Origin: an uncultured Gemmatimonadaceae bacterium
Lineage (GTDB): Bacteria > Gemmatimonadota > Gemmatimonadetes > Gemmatimonadales > Gemmatimonadaceae
NCBI GenBank assembly: GCA_963829055.1
Contig: CAWHHI010000016.1
Location: 896,001 to 960,000 of the forward strand
Reading direction: 5' to 3'
Length of the DNA stretch: 64,000 nucleotides
Part shown: positions 24,501 to 37,308 of the stretch, one piece after another
Layout of the letters: every line of letters starts with the position of its first letter
Numbering within the stretch: the stretch's first letter is position 1
Notes under the pieces: model-generated
Databases searched by the model: none
What the model saw: only the letters and a program-made list of their open reading frames with translations
What the model was told of the DNA's origin: nothing
Position numbers and translations under genes: made by a program

Positions 24501-25350
24501 AGAGCGCGAGACCTGACGCCGTTCGACTCGACGTAGTACTCGGTTCGCTCGGCGATGTCGAACAGCCGAATCGAGAAGTGAGCGGAGTCGCCGCCGGCCG
24601 TCATGGGGAGTCGCTCCCACTGCGGCCGCCGCGCCGCGGCGCACCGCGAGCTGCACGCCCTCGGCCGTGAAGCCGCGCAGCGTCGCGGCTCACTTCCTGA
24701 TCGCCGCCCTTGGCGACGGTCACGTTACCCGGCAGGACGGCGATCGCGTACGGCTGCGCCGCTTCCGCGCTGCGCCACGGCGCCAGCAGCAGACGCGCGC
24801 CATCGCGCAGGAACGTCGGGCCCGACTCCGACCGCGAGAAGCCCAATCAGCGCCGCACCGCGCCGCGAACATCGCCGCGCGCAGAATTTGTGGCTGATCG
24901 ACGCGCGCTCCATCGGAGACCGCATGGCTCCGCTCGATCGCGCTCTCGACGAGGCGCCGCGCGAGCAGCGGCGAGCGATCGGGCGTGTCCTGCGGTGAGC
25001 TTGCCGTGTTCGACCGCGCTCAGCACGGCGGCGTCGAGCGACGGCTCGTGCTCCTCGAGGTAGAGCGCGACGTGCTCGTCGCTCGCGCGTCGCAGCAGCG
25101 GCCGCACGAGGTACTGGACGAGGAGCACCGCGAGCATGACATAGGCCGCGATCCGCACGCCGGTGATCGCGCCGGGCGCGAAGCGCGCGGTCTGCATGAC
25201 GTAGGCGCCGACGAGTACCGCGACGACGAGCGCGCCGAGGACGATCGCGGCACCGCGGAGCGCGAGCTTGAGGCGCCAGCGTGCACGCACGCGGCGGATG
25301 ACACCGAGCAGCGTTTCGTGGGCCGAGGTGATCTCGATCGTGCTGGCCAT
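21534..25350 (-). CDS. Large membrane-anchored coiled-coil protein (DUF4175-like) with Gly/Gln low-complexity tract; multiply frameshifted
   Basis: N-terminal TMs, Ig-like segments, DDYGV, YYARARD, RALQHLQRAE, DLADLFELD, GQ repeats at ~21960-22280, C-terminal VDEYYRSL. Confidence 0.75.
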
Positions 25351-25364
25351 CGTCGCTCTCCTGC

Positions 25365-27459
25365 CTAACGTGGAACCGCGATGCGCCGCGACAGCTGGTT
25401 CGAGAGCAAGGTCTCCCCCACCAGCAACAGCAGCACCGCAGCCAACAAGATACCACCAGAATCCCTGACGCCGTTCGAGCTCGACGGGCGTGGAGGCCTC
25501 GACGCCGACGACGCGGAGTCCGCCCCCGCGCGGGCGACCATCGCTCCCGTGAGCAGCTGCGGCTCGACCGCCGTCAGGTCCGACTCGGCGAGGTCGACGT
25601 TCACCGCAACCACTCGCGGCTCTCCGCGCGACCCCGCGCGCTGCAACTCGTAGAAGCCCTGCTCCGCCAAGCTCGACCGACCGTTTTGCTGTCCCCTCGA
25701 GACGTGTGCGCTCACCCGACGGTGCGACGACGACGTAGTCCGCCTTGTTCGCGGCGTCGCCCGACCCGGTGCTATCGCGAAAAATGGCCGGGAGGTTCGC
25801 GACCTGTCCAACCACGCTCCACGGCCGCTCGTCCGCATAGGCCGCGGCGTACTTCGCCATCTGATGTGCTACCGGGAGGAATACCGGCTGGAGCGGCAGG
25901 TCGTTCCAGATGCCGTCGAACGACGACGTCCAGACGAGCACGCGTCCGCGGCCGACCTTCCGCTCGAGCAACGCGATGTGTCCGTCGTCGAAGCGCGCGA
26001 GCTGTTCGTCGCCGGGCGCGGGGGTGACGCTGCGATAGCGGAAGAAGCGCGGCGTCGAGAAGTCACCGCTCCGCGGCGCGCTGAACAGCTCGAAGATCGG
26101 ATGACTCCGGTCGATGTAGCCGAGCGTGCCGCCACGATCGCCGCTGCGATCGATCGGCGCGTCCGCGGTGGCGGGCAGCAGCTGCTCGGCATACGCGGGC
26201 CGGTCACGCGGCGCGGCGCGGTCACCCATGGCGACGAGCAGTCCGCCACCGTTCTGCACGTACTCGACGAGTCGACGACCGAGCTCGCCACCAGGGAGAT
26301 CGGAATCGTTGAAGAGGATCAGCGATCGGCCGACGAAATCGGCCGCGGTCACGGAGCCGAGCCGCTTCGTCGTCACGCGGAAGTTCGGCTGCGATCCCGA
26401 TGCCGAGCGCACGCTCGACGTACAGACTGCGCGGCGCGCCGCCTTCGCGGTCGATCGATCACGAGAACCGACAGCGCCTGTCCGCGGGAGATCGCGAAGA
26501 AGAACGAGTTGTCTCGCGGCAACGCATCGTCGCGCGCTGCGCACGACACCACGCGTCGTGCCCGCCGGCAGTGGAGCGGCCGTGAACTCGACTGTCGCCG
26601 CGGCGTTCGCGGCGAGATTCACCTGCTTCGTCTCGAGCACGCGACCATTGAGCTCGAGCGTCACCGAGTGCCCGGTCTTCGCCTCGGCCGATCGGTTGAC
26701 GAGCCGGGCCGTGATCGCGACGCGCTCGCGATCCTCGGCGTAGTCGCGACGGAAGTCGACGCCCGTAACGGCAATGTTCGACGTCTTCGGTGTCCGCGAG
26801 ATCGACCTTGTTGATCGTTGTTCCGGACGGCACCGACGGCGAATCCCGCCCATCCCAGCCGACGCGCTGGAAGTCGGAGATGAGCAGGACCTCGCGCCGC
26901 GGCAGCTTGGAGTCGGCGAGGACGCGCTGCGCGAGCTTGAACGCCGGCTCGTAGCGGGTCGCGCCGGCGCTCGGCCTAACGCCGATCGAGCGACGTCGTC
27001 AGCACGGCCTTGTCGGCGGTCGGCTCGGTGGCGGCGGTCGCGGTCCGTCGAACAACACGAGGACGCGCGATCGTTCGCGCCAAGCCCGCCGATCGCCCGC
27101 TTGGCGGCATCGACGGCGCGCGTCCAGCGATCGCCGTAGCCATGCTGTACGAGCGATCGAGCAGGATCACGAGCTCACGCGCCCCGAGCGACCGCTGACG
27201 GGCGTCGCGGCGGCAGGCTCGGTTGAGGAACGGCCGAGCGAATGCGAGCGCGAGCAGGATCAGCGCGAGGCAGCGGAGCGCGAACAGCAGCCAGTGCCGG
27301 ATACGTTGGCGGCGCACCGCCTGATACGGGATGCGACTCAGGAACATCAGCGACGGGAAGACGACGACGTCCTTCCGCTCCTTGTGCGTGAGGTGCACGA
27401 GGATCGGAACGGCGAGGGCGACGAGCCCGGCGAAGAAACAGTGGCGCGAGGAAAGACAT
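25365..27459 (-). CDS. BatA-domain/vWA membrane protein
   Basis: MSFLAPLF, FPSLMFL, LRCLALILLALAFARP, LLDRSYSM, WNDLPLQPVF, C-terminal TM. Confidence 0.85.
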
Positions 27460-28369
27460 TACCGCACCCGCGTCAGGAACTGACGCCGCGAAAGGAACGC
27501 GAACAACGCGTGGTCGAGCGGCATCGACGTGTCGAACAGCTGGTAGTCGACGCCCTGATCGCCGCAGAGCTGCTCGATCTCGGCGATGTGCGCGCGGATC
27601 ATCGTGCGGTACTGGTCGCGCAGATATTCCGGAATCACCGGGAATGCGCTCACCGGTCTCGATGTCCTCGAAGCTCGTGGCACCGTCGTACGGGAACTCG
27701 AGCTCCGCCGTGTCGAGGACGTGCATCGCCATGATGTCGTTGCCGCGGCCGCGCAGCTGCGCGAACGCGTCGAGGATCTTGCGCGGATCCTCGTAGAAAT
27801 CGGAGATGACGAGCAGCATGCTGCGCCGCTTGAACTGCTCGGCGAGCTTGCGGAACACGCGCTCGATGTTCCCCGCGCGCTGCGGCGTCGCACGCGCGAG
27901 CGCGTGCAGCACGTTAGGCAGGTGCTTCGCCGACGGCGGCACGATCTCGACGACGTCCTCGTCCAACGTGATGAGCCCGACGCGGTCGCGCTGCTGGTTC
28001 GAGAAGTAGGCGAGGCACGCGGCGAGCGTGCGCGCGTAGTCGAGCTTCGTCACGGTGCCGCTGCCGAAGCTCATGGACTTCGAGACGTCGAGCAGCACGT
28101 TGAAGTTCGTGTTGGTGTCGGCCTCGTATTCCTTGATGTAGTAGCGGTCGACGCGCCCGTAGAGCCGCCAGTCGATGCGCCGAATGTCGTCGCCGGGCAT
28201 GTACTGCCGGTGCTCCGCGAAGTCGATCGATGTGCCGAGATGCGGCGACCGATGGAGACCGCCGAGAAACCCCTCGACGACGCGTGCGCGCGACGAGCTC
28301 GAGGTTCCCGATCCGCGCGAGGACGGCCGGATCGAGGAACTGGATCCCGGGGAGGGGTTGTTGGCTCAC
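27459..28369 (-). CDS. DUF58 family protein
   Basis: YMPGDDIRRIDW, LLDVSKSM, DRVGL, ISDFY. Confidence 0.92.
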
Positions 28370-28392
28370 TCAGCCTCCCCGCCGAACTGCAG

Positions 28393-28497
28393 GCTGGTGG
28401 CTGGGTGCTCGTGCTGGTCGGCTGGGTGACGCTTGTTGCCGGCTGGGCGCCGCACTCAGCGTCACCCAGCAACAAGCACGAGCACCCAGCAACCAGC
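28393..28497. repeat. Long imperfect inverted repeat between moxR and DUF58
   Basis: GCTGGTGGCTGGGTGCTCGTGCTGGTCGGCTGGGTGACGCT pairs with AGCGTCACCCAGCAACAAGCACGAGCACCCAGCAACCAGC. Confidence 0.8.
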
Positions 28498-28509
28498 GCT
28501 TGTCGCCGT

Positions 28510-29553
28510 TCACAAGTCCACTCTTTGGCGTGGGCACGACCTTGATGAGCTGACGCGATGATCTGGTCTGTCGTCACTCGCTCCGACTGCGCGTGGAAGT
28601 TGAGCAGGATGCGGTGGCGCAGCACCGGGCTGCGCCAGCGCGCGGATGTCGTCGAAGCCGACGTGGTAGCGTCCGTGCATGAGCGCCCGCGCCTTGCCGC
28701 CGAGGATCATCCACTGCGCCGCGCGCACGCTGGCGCCGTAGTTCACCCACTTCTTGATGAAGTCCGGCGCGTCGTCGCGACGTCGGACGCGAATACCGCG
28801 CGACGTTCACCGCATAACGAGTCACCGCTTCCGACACCGGCACTCGGCGCACGAGGCGCTGGAACTCGACGATGTCCTGGCCGTTGACGGCGTGCGAGAA
28901 CTGCGGATTCTGGATCGACGTCGTCGAACGCACGACGTCGATCTCCTGATCTTCCGTCAGGTACTCGATGATGATCTGGAACATGAATCGGTCGAGCTGC
29001 GCTTCGGGCAGCGGATACGTGCCCTCGAGCTCGATCGGGTTCTGCGTGGCGAAGACGAAGAACGGCTCCGTGAGCTCGTACGTCTTGCCCTGCACCGTCA
29101 CGCGATGCTCCTGCATCGCCTCGAGCATCGCCGACTGCGTCTTCGGCGGCGTGCGGTTGATCTCGTCGGCGAGCACGATGTTCGCGAACACCGGGCCCGG
29201 CGTGAAGACCATCCGCCGCTGCCCGGTCGCCGGCATCGTCCTGGATGATGTCGGTGCCGGTGATGTCCGACGGCATCAGGTCGGGCGTGAACTGGATGCG
29301 CGAGTACTTGAGATCGAGCACGCGCGCGATCGTGTGCACGAGCAGCGTCTTGGCGAGGCCGGGCACGCCGATGATCAGGCAGTTGCCGCCGGCGAACAAC
29401 GAGATGAGCATCTGCTCGATGACGTCGTCCTGGCCGATGATGAGCTTGCGCAGCTCCGCAGATGATCTGCTGGTGACCGCTGCGCAGGCGTCGGCGAGGG
29501 CAATGTCATCGGCGCTCGTAAGCGCGACTTGTTGTTCGACGGTTGAACTGCAT
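28510..29553 (-). CDS. moxR: MoxR family AAA+ ATPase (frameshifted)
   Basis: [60 protein letters not shown]. Confidence 0.96.
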
Positions 29554-29631
29554 CGGGAATCGGGAATCGGGAATCGGGAATCGAACAATGTCGCTGGTCG
29601 TTCGACGGCTGATGGCTGATGGCTGATGGCT
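29553..29631. repeat. Two heptamer tandem arrays (TCGGGAA x4; GGCTGAT x3)
   Basis: Directly visible. Confidence 0.85.
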
Positions 29632-30372
29632 AGTGCGTCAGTCCGTACGTGACATAGTTGACGGCGAACTTGTACGCGTCGTTCGTCAGGTTCACCGGAT
29701 ACAGATCATCGTTCGACCACTCCATGTAGTCGCCGATGTCGTTGTTGTAGTTGATGATCACCATCAACCGCTTCGTCCGGGTCGTTGTCCTCGAAGATGC
29801 CGTGGAACTCCGCCTGGATCGACGGGCGGTTCGGGTACGTCATCGCGAGCGACTCGAGATGGAAGAACGAATCGAACACCGGATGCGACACGTCCATCGG
29901 AACGATCTGAGCGCCGGGGAGCACCCGCAGCATCTGCTCCTCGAAGTTGAGCCACTCGCCGCCCCATGAAGTCGTCCACAATGAGGAAGCCACCTTGAGC
30001 AGATACTCACGCAGTCCCTTTGCTTCCGCATCGTTCATCACCCAGTAGCCGGGCTCCGACAGGTACGCGATCGGGAACTTGTACAGCTCCGGGTCATCCA
30101 GGTTGTGGATGTTGCTGCCATCCACGCGCGGGTTGATGCTCGTGATCTCCTTCAACGACCTTCATGAAGTGCCGCTCCATCGCCGGGTAATCGTACGACC
30201 ATCCGGCACTTCGGACTTCCTGATACCGCAGTCGCACGAACGTGAATCGCCCGTCGTACGGCACGTTAGGCTCCACGAACACGCGTCTCCGCCCGCCGAA
30301 CCCCTGCGCGAGGAGCGGAGCGGCCGCGACGATGGCCGCGAGAGCGATGAGGCGACGTCGACGCACGAGCAC
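29630..30372 (-). CDS. DUF4159 domain protein, copy 1 (frameshifted)
   Basis: [37 protein letters not shown], ends LTH-stop. Confidence 0.85.
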
Positions 30373-30410
30373 GTTAGGTACGGGAATCGAGACCTCGATC
30401 GTTGGAGCGT

Positions 30411-30463
30411 GATGGCTGATAGCTGGATGGCTGATGGCTACGATGGCTGATGGCTGATGGCTG
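30411..30463. repeat. Degenerate GATGGCT heptamer array
   Basis: Directly visible; same unit as at 29607-29631. Confidence 0.8.
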
Positions 30464-30523
30464 CGTGGCTGAATCCGGCATGATGGCCAGATCGCCTGCT
30501 CTCAGCATGCTACGTCCGCTCCA

Positions 30524-31294
30524 CTAGTGCGTCAACGCGTACATGACGTAGTTCACGCCGAGCTGGTACGCCTCGTTCGTCAGGTCGATCGGGAGAAATC
30601 CCTGATCCGACCACTGCCACGCGTCGCCCATGTCGTTGTTGTAGTTCGCGATCACCATGAGACGCTTGGTCGGATCGTTGTTCTCGAAGATGCCGAGGTA
30701 CTGGACCGGCGGTCCGTAGATCCCGGGTTGCTGCAGATCCTCCTCATCGATGCGGAAGAACGAATCCCACACCGGGTGGTCCGGCGTCGACCGGCACCCA
30801 CTGCGCCTCGGGCAGCACGCGCTTCATCTGCTCCTGCAGGTTGTACCAGTGCTGAACACGCGGAAGTCGTCGATGATCATGAAGCCGCCCTTGAGGAGAT
30901 AGTCGTGAACGTTCTTCACGTCTTCGTCCGTCGGCTGCCAGTACCCGGGCTCCGAGAAGTACAGCGATCGGAGACCGCATGATCTCCGGATTCCCGAAGT
31001 CGAGCACGTTGCTCGAGTCCTGCCGCGGCTTCAGATACGACATCTCGGACAGGATCTTCATCGAGATGCCGCTCGGCCGTCGGATAGTCGTGCATCCAGC
31101 CCGGGCCCTTCGTTCGTCATGCCGCCGTAGCCGGGATAGCGGAGCCGCGTGAACGTTAGGCGCCCGTCGTACGACGGGTTGCCTTCGACCGGGAGGTCGC
31201 CGCCAAGAAAGCGTCGCTGCGCAGACAGCGTCACCGACGCGACGCCAATGAGCGCCAGACCCACGTACCGTCCGTACCGCCGCTGGAATTTCAT
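30524..31294 (-). CDS. DUF4159 domain protein, copy 2 (frameshifted)
   Basis: YDGRLTFTRLRY, GIFENNDPTKRLMVIANYNNDMGD, GVNYVMYALTH. Confidence 0.85.
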
Positions 31295-33984
31295 GTCAGT
31301 CGCCTCCGCCTCCCGATCGGTTCGCCCTCTGCAGCCGGAGCAGAAGCTCCTGCGCCTTCTCGAAGTTCGGTGCATCCTCGAGCGCCCGCAGCACCTCGCG
31401 CCGCGCCGCCTGTGCTTCGCCCGCCTGGTAGTACGCGAGCGCGAGCTGATACAACGCCTCGGCGCGATCCACCGGGATTCAGCGCGACGACCGCCAACCG
31501 CTCACGCACCGTTCTCGGCTTGTCACCCGAGCCGACCGTAGAGGTTCGCGAGCCTAACGTGCAGCGCGCGCATCGTACGGCGAGATGAACATCGCGCGAT
31601 CGAGCGCCGCGGCGGCGCCCGCGCGTGTCGCCGAGTTGCTCGAGGACGGTCGCGAGCTCGACGTTCGCCGCGTAGTTGATCCTCGTTGCGAATCGTCAGC
31701 GCCGTCAGCTCCGCGGCTTCCGCGCGCGCGTTGCCCTTGGCCTTGTACGCCTGCGCCAGGAACCAGTACGGACTCTGCGCGCTCGCGTCCTCCGGGAACA
31801 GCGCCTTCGCCTGTCTCGAGCGCGGTGATCGCCTCGTCGTAGTTCTTCGTCTCGAACGCGCCGATGCCCGCGCGACAGTGCCCGCATGTATTCGCCGTCG
31901 ACGGCGGGTGCGCGCACCGCCGCATCGCCGCGCACGTCCTTCGGCTCGACCGCGGCGAGCCCCTTCGCGAACCGCTCCTTCAGGTACGCGTCGAACTTCG
32001 CGTCGAACGCCTCGGGGCTCATCTTGAGCATGCGCTCGAACACCTGCTCCGTCGTCGCGCCACGTCTTGTACGCGTTGAGCATGTCCACGATGGCGCGCG
32101 GCCCGAAGTCGCGCTCGATCAGCTCGCCGACGAGCGACGCCTGGTAGTACGAGAAGATGAGCTGCTGCGGGTACGCCGGCCGCATGAAGCCGTCGTTCAT
32201 GCGACTCACCTTCACCAGCCGCCCGGCCTTGTAGGCGGCGAGGAACTCCGGCGTCACGTCCGCGCCCCAGCCCTTCCGAGCGCGCCGCTCCTCGAGCACC
32301 GACAGGCCTTCGGACAGCCACCGCGGCACGCGGTGGTCGCTCGCGCCTAACGTGAACGTGTGCGCCAGCTCGTGCCAGAACGTCGAGCCCCAGTTGAAGT
32401 CGCCCGACGTCTCGCGCCGCCGGCGAGTCCATGGCGAGCGTGGTGCCGAAGCTCACGCCCAGCGCGCCGAGGCCCGCGAGACCGACGGTGCGCACCGAGA
32501 AGTCCGCGTGGCTGCGATACACCTCGAGCCGGATCGGCGTCGGCGGCTTGTACTGGTAGCGCGCCGCCAGCGAGTCGTACGCCGCCTCCGCGAGCGCGCG
32601 CAGGTACGTCGACAGGAGCTCCGACTCCTTCCCGTCGACCACGAAGCGGAACCGAGGCGACGTCGTCTCGCGATAATCCTTGAACGTGTCGAGCAGGTCG
32701 AGCGTGTTCTTGATCCAGACGTCGTACGGATCGCCGGCGAACGCGCGGTCGAGATTCTTCCGCCCTTCATCCATCGCGCCGACGCGAAGCTGGTTCATGC
32801 CCAGCACGCCGTACGCGCGCCACGCCGTCGAGTCGGCGGCGACGCCTTCGCGCGCGAAGTCGACCGCCTCGCGCGTACAGCCGGTTCCGCGCCGCCGCCT
32901 CGGCGAGGTCCGTGAAGAAGTCCGCCGCCTTCGGATTGTGCGCGAGCGCGCGACGCTTGAGCGCGTCGAAGCCGGCGCGATCACCCTGCAGGTAGCGCGA
33001 CGGCCGCGAGCACGCTCATGCCCTCGACGAGCGTCGAGTCCGTGGCGAGCGCCTTCTCCGCCTCCGCCGCCGCTGCGACGTAATCCTCGCCGTCGAAGAT
33101 AGATGGAGCCGAGGAACGCGTGCAGCCGGCGCCGCGTTAGGGTTGACCTCGAGGCTCTTCCGCACGATGTCCGCCGCCGCACCGCTCCCGTCGAAGTACG
33201 TGACGCGCGCCGACGCAAGCAGCGCGCGCGGATGCCGCGGATTCTTCGCGAGCAGCGCCGCCACGCTCTTTTTCGCGTCGCCGCTGTTGTACTTGTCGAG
33301 GAACAGCTCGATCTCGCGGAGCTGCGCTTCCTGATTCGTCGAGTCGCGCGCGATCGCCTCGTCGTACGCCTTGAGCGCGTCCTTGAACAGCTGCGGGTTC
33401 GTGACGCCGAGATACCGGCACGCCGTCCCGACGGCCATGAGCTCGTCGGACGTCAGCGACCGCCTTGCGCGTGTTGTAGATGTCGATGAACCCATCGAGA
33501 TCCTCAGGGCTTCGGCGTGCTCGCCGCGATCGAAGCGGAGAACGTCGAGGTTCAGCCGAGCGGTGAGGCTGTCCGATGCATGACCCGCCATCGCGGCGCG
33601 GAACGCCGGCTTCGGCCTCCGCGGTCTTGCCGCGAAGACGCAGCACCTCGCCTAACGCGTTCTGCAGCTCCACGCCGGACGGGCCAGCGACGAACCGCTT
33701 GCCCGGCGTCCTCGGCGTCGGCGTACTTGCCGATCTCCGACAGCGTGCGCAGCAGGCCCGCGCCGACTCGCGACGGCCGTCGGCCCGTCCTTCGCGGCCA
33801 ACGTCCGGTAGATGGCGATCGCCTCGTCGTACTTGCCGCTGCGCTCGAGCTCACCAGCGCGCTTGAGCTCCGCCGGATCATCCTGCGCGCCCTGCGACGC
33901 CCACACGGGGCGGTCGTTCGCGCACGACACGCTCGCGACCGTCGCGAGCAGCAGCACGAATCGCATCATCGGCGCGTGAATCAT
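31291..33984 (-). CDS. TPR-repeat protein with peptidase MA-like domain, possible lipoprotein (frameshifted)
   Basis: VASVSC; TPR-like helices; HADFSVRTVGL; HELAH encoded at ~32359-32373; PRWLSEGLSV. Confidence 0.8.
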
Positions 33985-35016
33985 GGCCGACCTCCCGTCA
34001 CATCACGGATCGCCTTGTTCTTCTCGGCGAGCTGCACCAGGAGATCCTCGAGCGCCTTGCTCGTAGGCGGTCGAGTCCATGGCCGTCTTGCGGCGGCGCA
34101 GCGAATCGATGCTCGTTTCGATCGCAGTCCTTCTCGCGCTCGAGTGCAGCCACGCGCGGATCGCTCGATGCCCCGCGCGCGGCCGCGGTCGACACTCCCG
34201 CTGCGTCCGCCGAGAAACACGCGCCGAGCCAGCGCGCCATCCGCGGACTTCGCGTCGGGCGCGCGCCGTTCCTTTGTGATCGCCGTTGTCGTCGAGCTGC
34301 GCGTGCTCCGTGAGCATGTGGTTCTCGCTCTCGTAGGCGCGCGCGACTTCGCGCCGCGCGTACTCGAACGCCTCGAGCACCGAGACGCGGCCGTCCTTGT
34401 CCGCATCGGCCACGTCGCTCGCGTACGCCTGCACGAAGTAGGTCGCGAAGCGCGTCTGGTTGCTTCTCCATGTCCGACTTGGTCGCCGTCGCGATGACGC
34501 GATTCGGACCGGACAGCGTGGCAATGAAGCCGCCGCTCGCGCTCGCGGCGTTCACGATCGCGATGATCGGCCCGCCAACGGGATCGAGCATGCGCGCGAA
34601 GTCGGCCGCGGTGATGTCCGGCCCCGGCACGTTGAACTTCGACGTCGCCTGGTCGTCACCGCTACCGTGACCGATCAGCATCACGAACAGCACGTCGCCG
34701 GTTTTGGAGCGTGCGCCGAGCGCGGTGAGCTCGCGTTCGACGTTCTCCTTCGTCGACGCCGCCTTGATCCGCGCCGCGTCACGCGCCGGATTCTCCGCGA
34801 GGTACACGATGTCCGAGTCGGGCACGCCGAACCGCGTCTTGAGCGCGTCGATCATCGTCGTCGCCTGCTTGAAGAACACGTCGGCGTACTGCGGCTCGCC
34901 GGCGACGCCGCTCACGATCAGCACGCGCGCACGACCGGTCCTCTGCGCGCGCGCGACGCTGGCGCGCGCGCCGCGGCAGACACCAGGAGCGCGAGACACG
35001 CACGCACGATCCTCAC
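33981..35016 (-). CDS. Secreted C13/caspase-like fold protein (frameshifted)
   Basis: LIVSGVAGEP, VMLIGHGS, FNVPGPDI, ASASGGF, DADKDGRVSVLEAF, TEHAQLDD. Confidence 0.7.
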
Positions 35017-37308
35017 GCGAGCCCTCGCAGCTTTCGATAGCCCCACTCGCTCGTGATGAGCGCGATGAGCAGCAAGAACACGATCGGCATGTCCCACAGA
35101 TCCTTCCGGTCCACGACCGTGTTCCCCACATCGGTGAACACGATGTCCTTCGCGAGGTCGGCAACCTTGTCGCTCGTGTAGAACCGGCCGCCGGTTTCGT
35201 CCGCGATGCGCCTGAGGAGCGGCGCGCGCATCTCGGCACCGAAGTACTCGGTCGAGAGATCGCCCGACGCAATGTACGACCGGTCGCTCACGATCGAGTC
35301 GGTTCCCATTCGCGTCCGCACGTCGACGCTGTACAGCCCGCGCTCCGTCGGCGTGAATGACGTCTTGTACTCGCCGTCGCGCGTCACCGACCACTCGAGC
35401 GGCATCTCGGTGACGGTTCCGGACGGCGACGTCACACGCGCGACGGCCTCGGCGTTGTTCACCTTGAGGAACGTGCGGTCGGAGATCTCGGCGTTGAGCT
35501 CGACCGGATCGCCCGGCGACACCTGATCTCCCGGCGGCGGCGACCATGACACGCGACGGCACATCGTTCACGAGCCACCGAGCAACTGGCGCCAGAACGA
35601 CTCGAACGTCATGTCCTCGAGCGACATTGACGGGTCCATCTGCCACAGCCACGAGTCCTGGATCGGAAACACGATCGCCTTCCCGCGACCATAACGCTGG
35701 AACGCGAGCACGGTCTCACGATCGCCGCCCTTGGCCGGTGTCCCCGTCAGAAGCACCGTCGCACCGGGCTTCGCGCGCCCAATGCGATTCACGCTCGACA
35801 CCGGCGGCATCGTCTTCCACCGCTTGGCCGACAGGCTCTCGGCTTCGGCGATCTGCGTGGCCGCATGTAATCGCGCCCGGCACGGTCACATCGACCTTGA
35901 GCTCGCTGAAGTACGGCGTCTTGCTCTCGACGGTCCGCCGACGAGGTCGACCGGAAGCACTTCCGCCACCGGCGTTCCCGCAAAGCCGCCCTCGCCGAGC
36001 GCGCGGCGGCCGCCTAACGCCAGCAACCCGCCGCCGCGCTCGCTCACGAAATCCGCCAGCATGCGAAGCTGGTCGCCCGTGAAGTAGCTCGCCTCCATGC
36101 TGCCGAGGATGACGCCCTTGTACGCGAACAGCTCGTCGCGCGTCTTCGGAAATCCGGACACGAGATCGAGGCTGTCGTCGACACTGAAGCGCCGGAACTG
36201 ATCCTTCGCCAGCCGCTGCAGCGTGACGATCTGCAGGTTCTTGTCATCGCGCACGGCGCGACGCAGGAACGGCATTTCGGGCCGCGGCTCACCTTCGATG
36301 TACAGAATCTTCTCGCGACGATCGCTCACGTTCACGATCGCCTGCTGCGTGTTGTTCTGCGCGAACCATCTCGCCGGGCTGCGGCGGCGATCCGGAACGT
36401 GAGCACGCGCGCGCCGGCTTCGGTCGTTGGCACGCGAACTCGAATCGGAATCGCTTCACCGTCGCCGGACAGCGTGACCGACTGCGTGCTGACGATGCGC
36501 CCGCCGTCCTCGACGATCAGCTGCACCTTGTCGCCCCGTGTAGCCGCGCTGCGCGACCATTACGTCGACCACGAGCGACGCGCCCACCAACACACTCCGC
36601 GGCGCTTCGATGCGACTGACTTCGATGTCCTTCGTGAATCGCTCGCGACCGACGCCGACGGTGAACACCGGCACGTGCCGCGCGCCGAGCGACATCACCG
36701 CATCGGTGAGCGAGCCACGCGAGTTGTCCGCGCCGTCGGAGACGAGCACGAGGCCCGAGAGCGGTACGCCCGTGAGCTCCTGACGCGCCGATTCGAGCGC
36801 GGGGCCGAGCTGCGTGCGCACGCCGTCGTACGAGAGATCGCCAAGCTGCGCGACACGCTCGCCGTTGCCGGAGAAGCGAAAGAGCCGAACGACGAACTTC
36901 TGCGCGAGCGCCGCGTACAGCGAACTGTCGCGGCCGCCAAGCAGGTGGCGCACCGCGTCGGCGCGCGTGGCGCCGTTCAGGTCGGCGATGCGCATGCTGC
37001 GCGAGTCGTCCACCAGCACACCGACCACGTTGCGTTGCGGCACCGCCTCGGATACGACGAGGACCGGATGCAGCAGCGGCGATCGATGGCGAGCGCCAAC
37101 GCAGCGAGGCGCAACCCGATGCAGCACCGCACGGTCGCGCGGACCGCCGCGCATGCGCAACCGCGCGTATGCGATGAGCGCCGGAACGCCGATCGCCAGA
37201 GCGATCGCGATGACGATGTACGTGCGCCGGGCCAGCCGCGAACGCGAGCCGGCCCTTCTCGAACACCACGGGCCGGTACTTGAACAAGAACTCGAACAGA
37301 GCTTCCAA
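35013..37308 (-). CDS. Membrane protein with vWA and glutamine-amidotransferase-like domains (frameshifted)
   Basis: FEFLFKY, LVDDSRSM, LVSDGADN, ILYIEGEPR, FVSERGGGLL, QRYGRGK, IADETGGRFY, LWDMP, EWGYRK. Confidence 0.8.
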
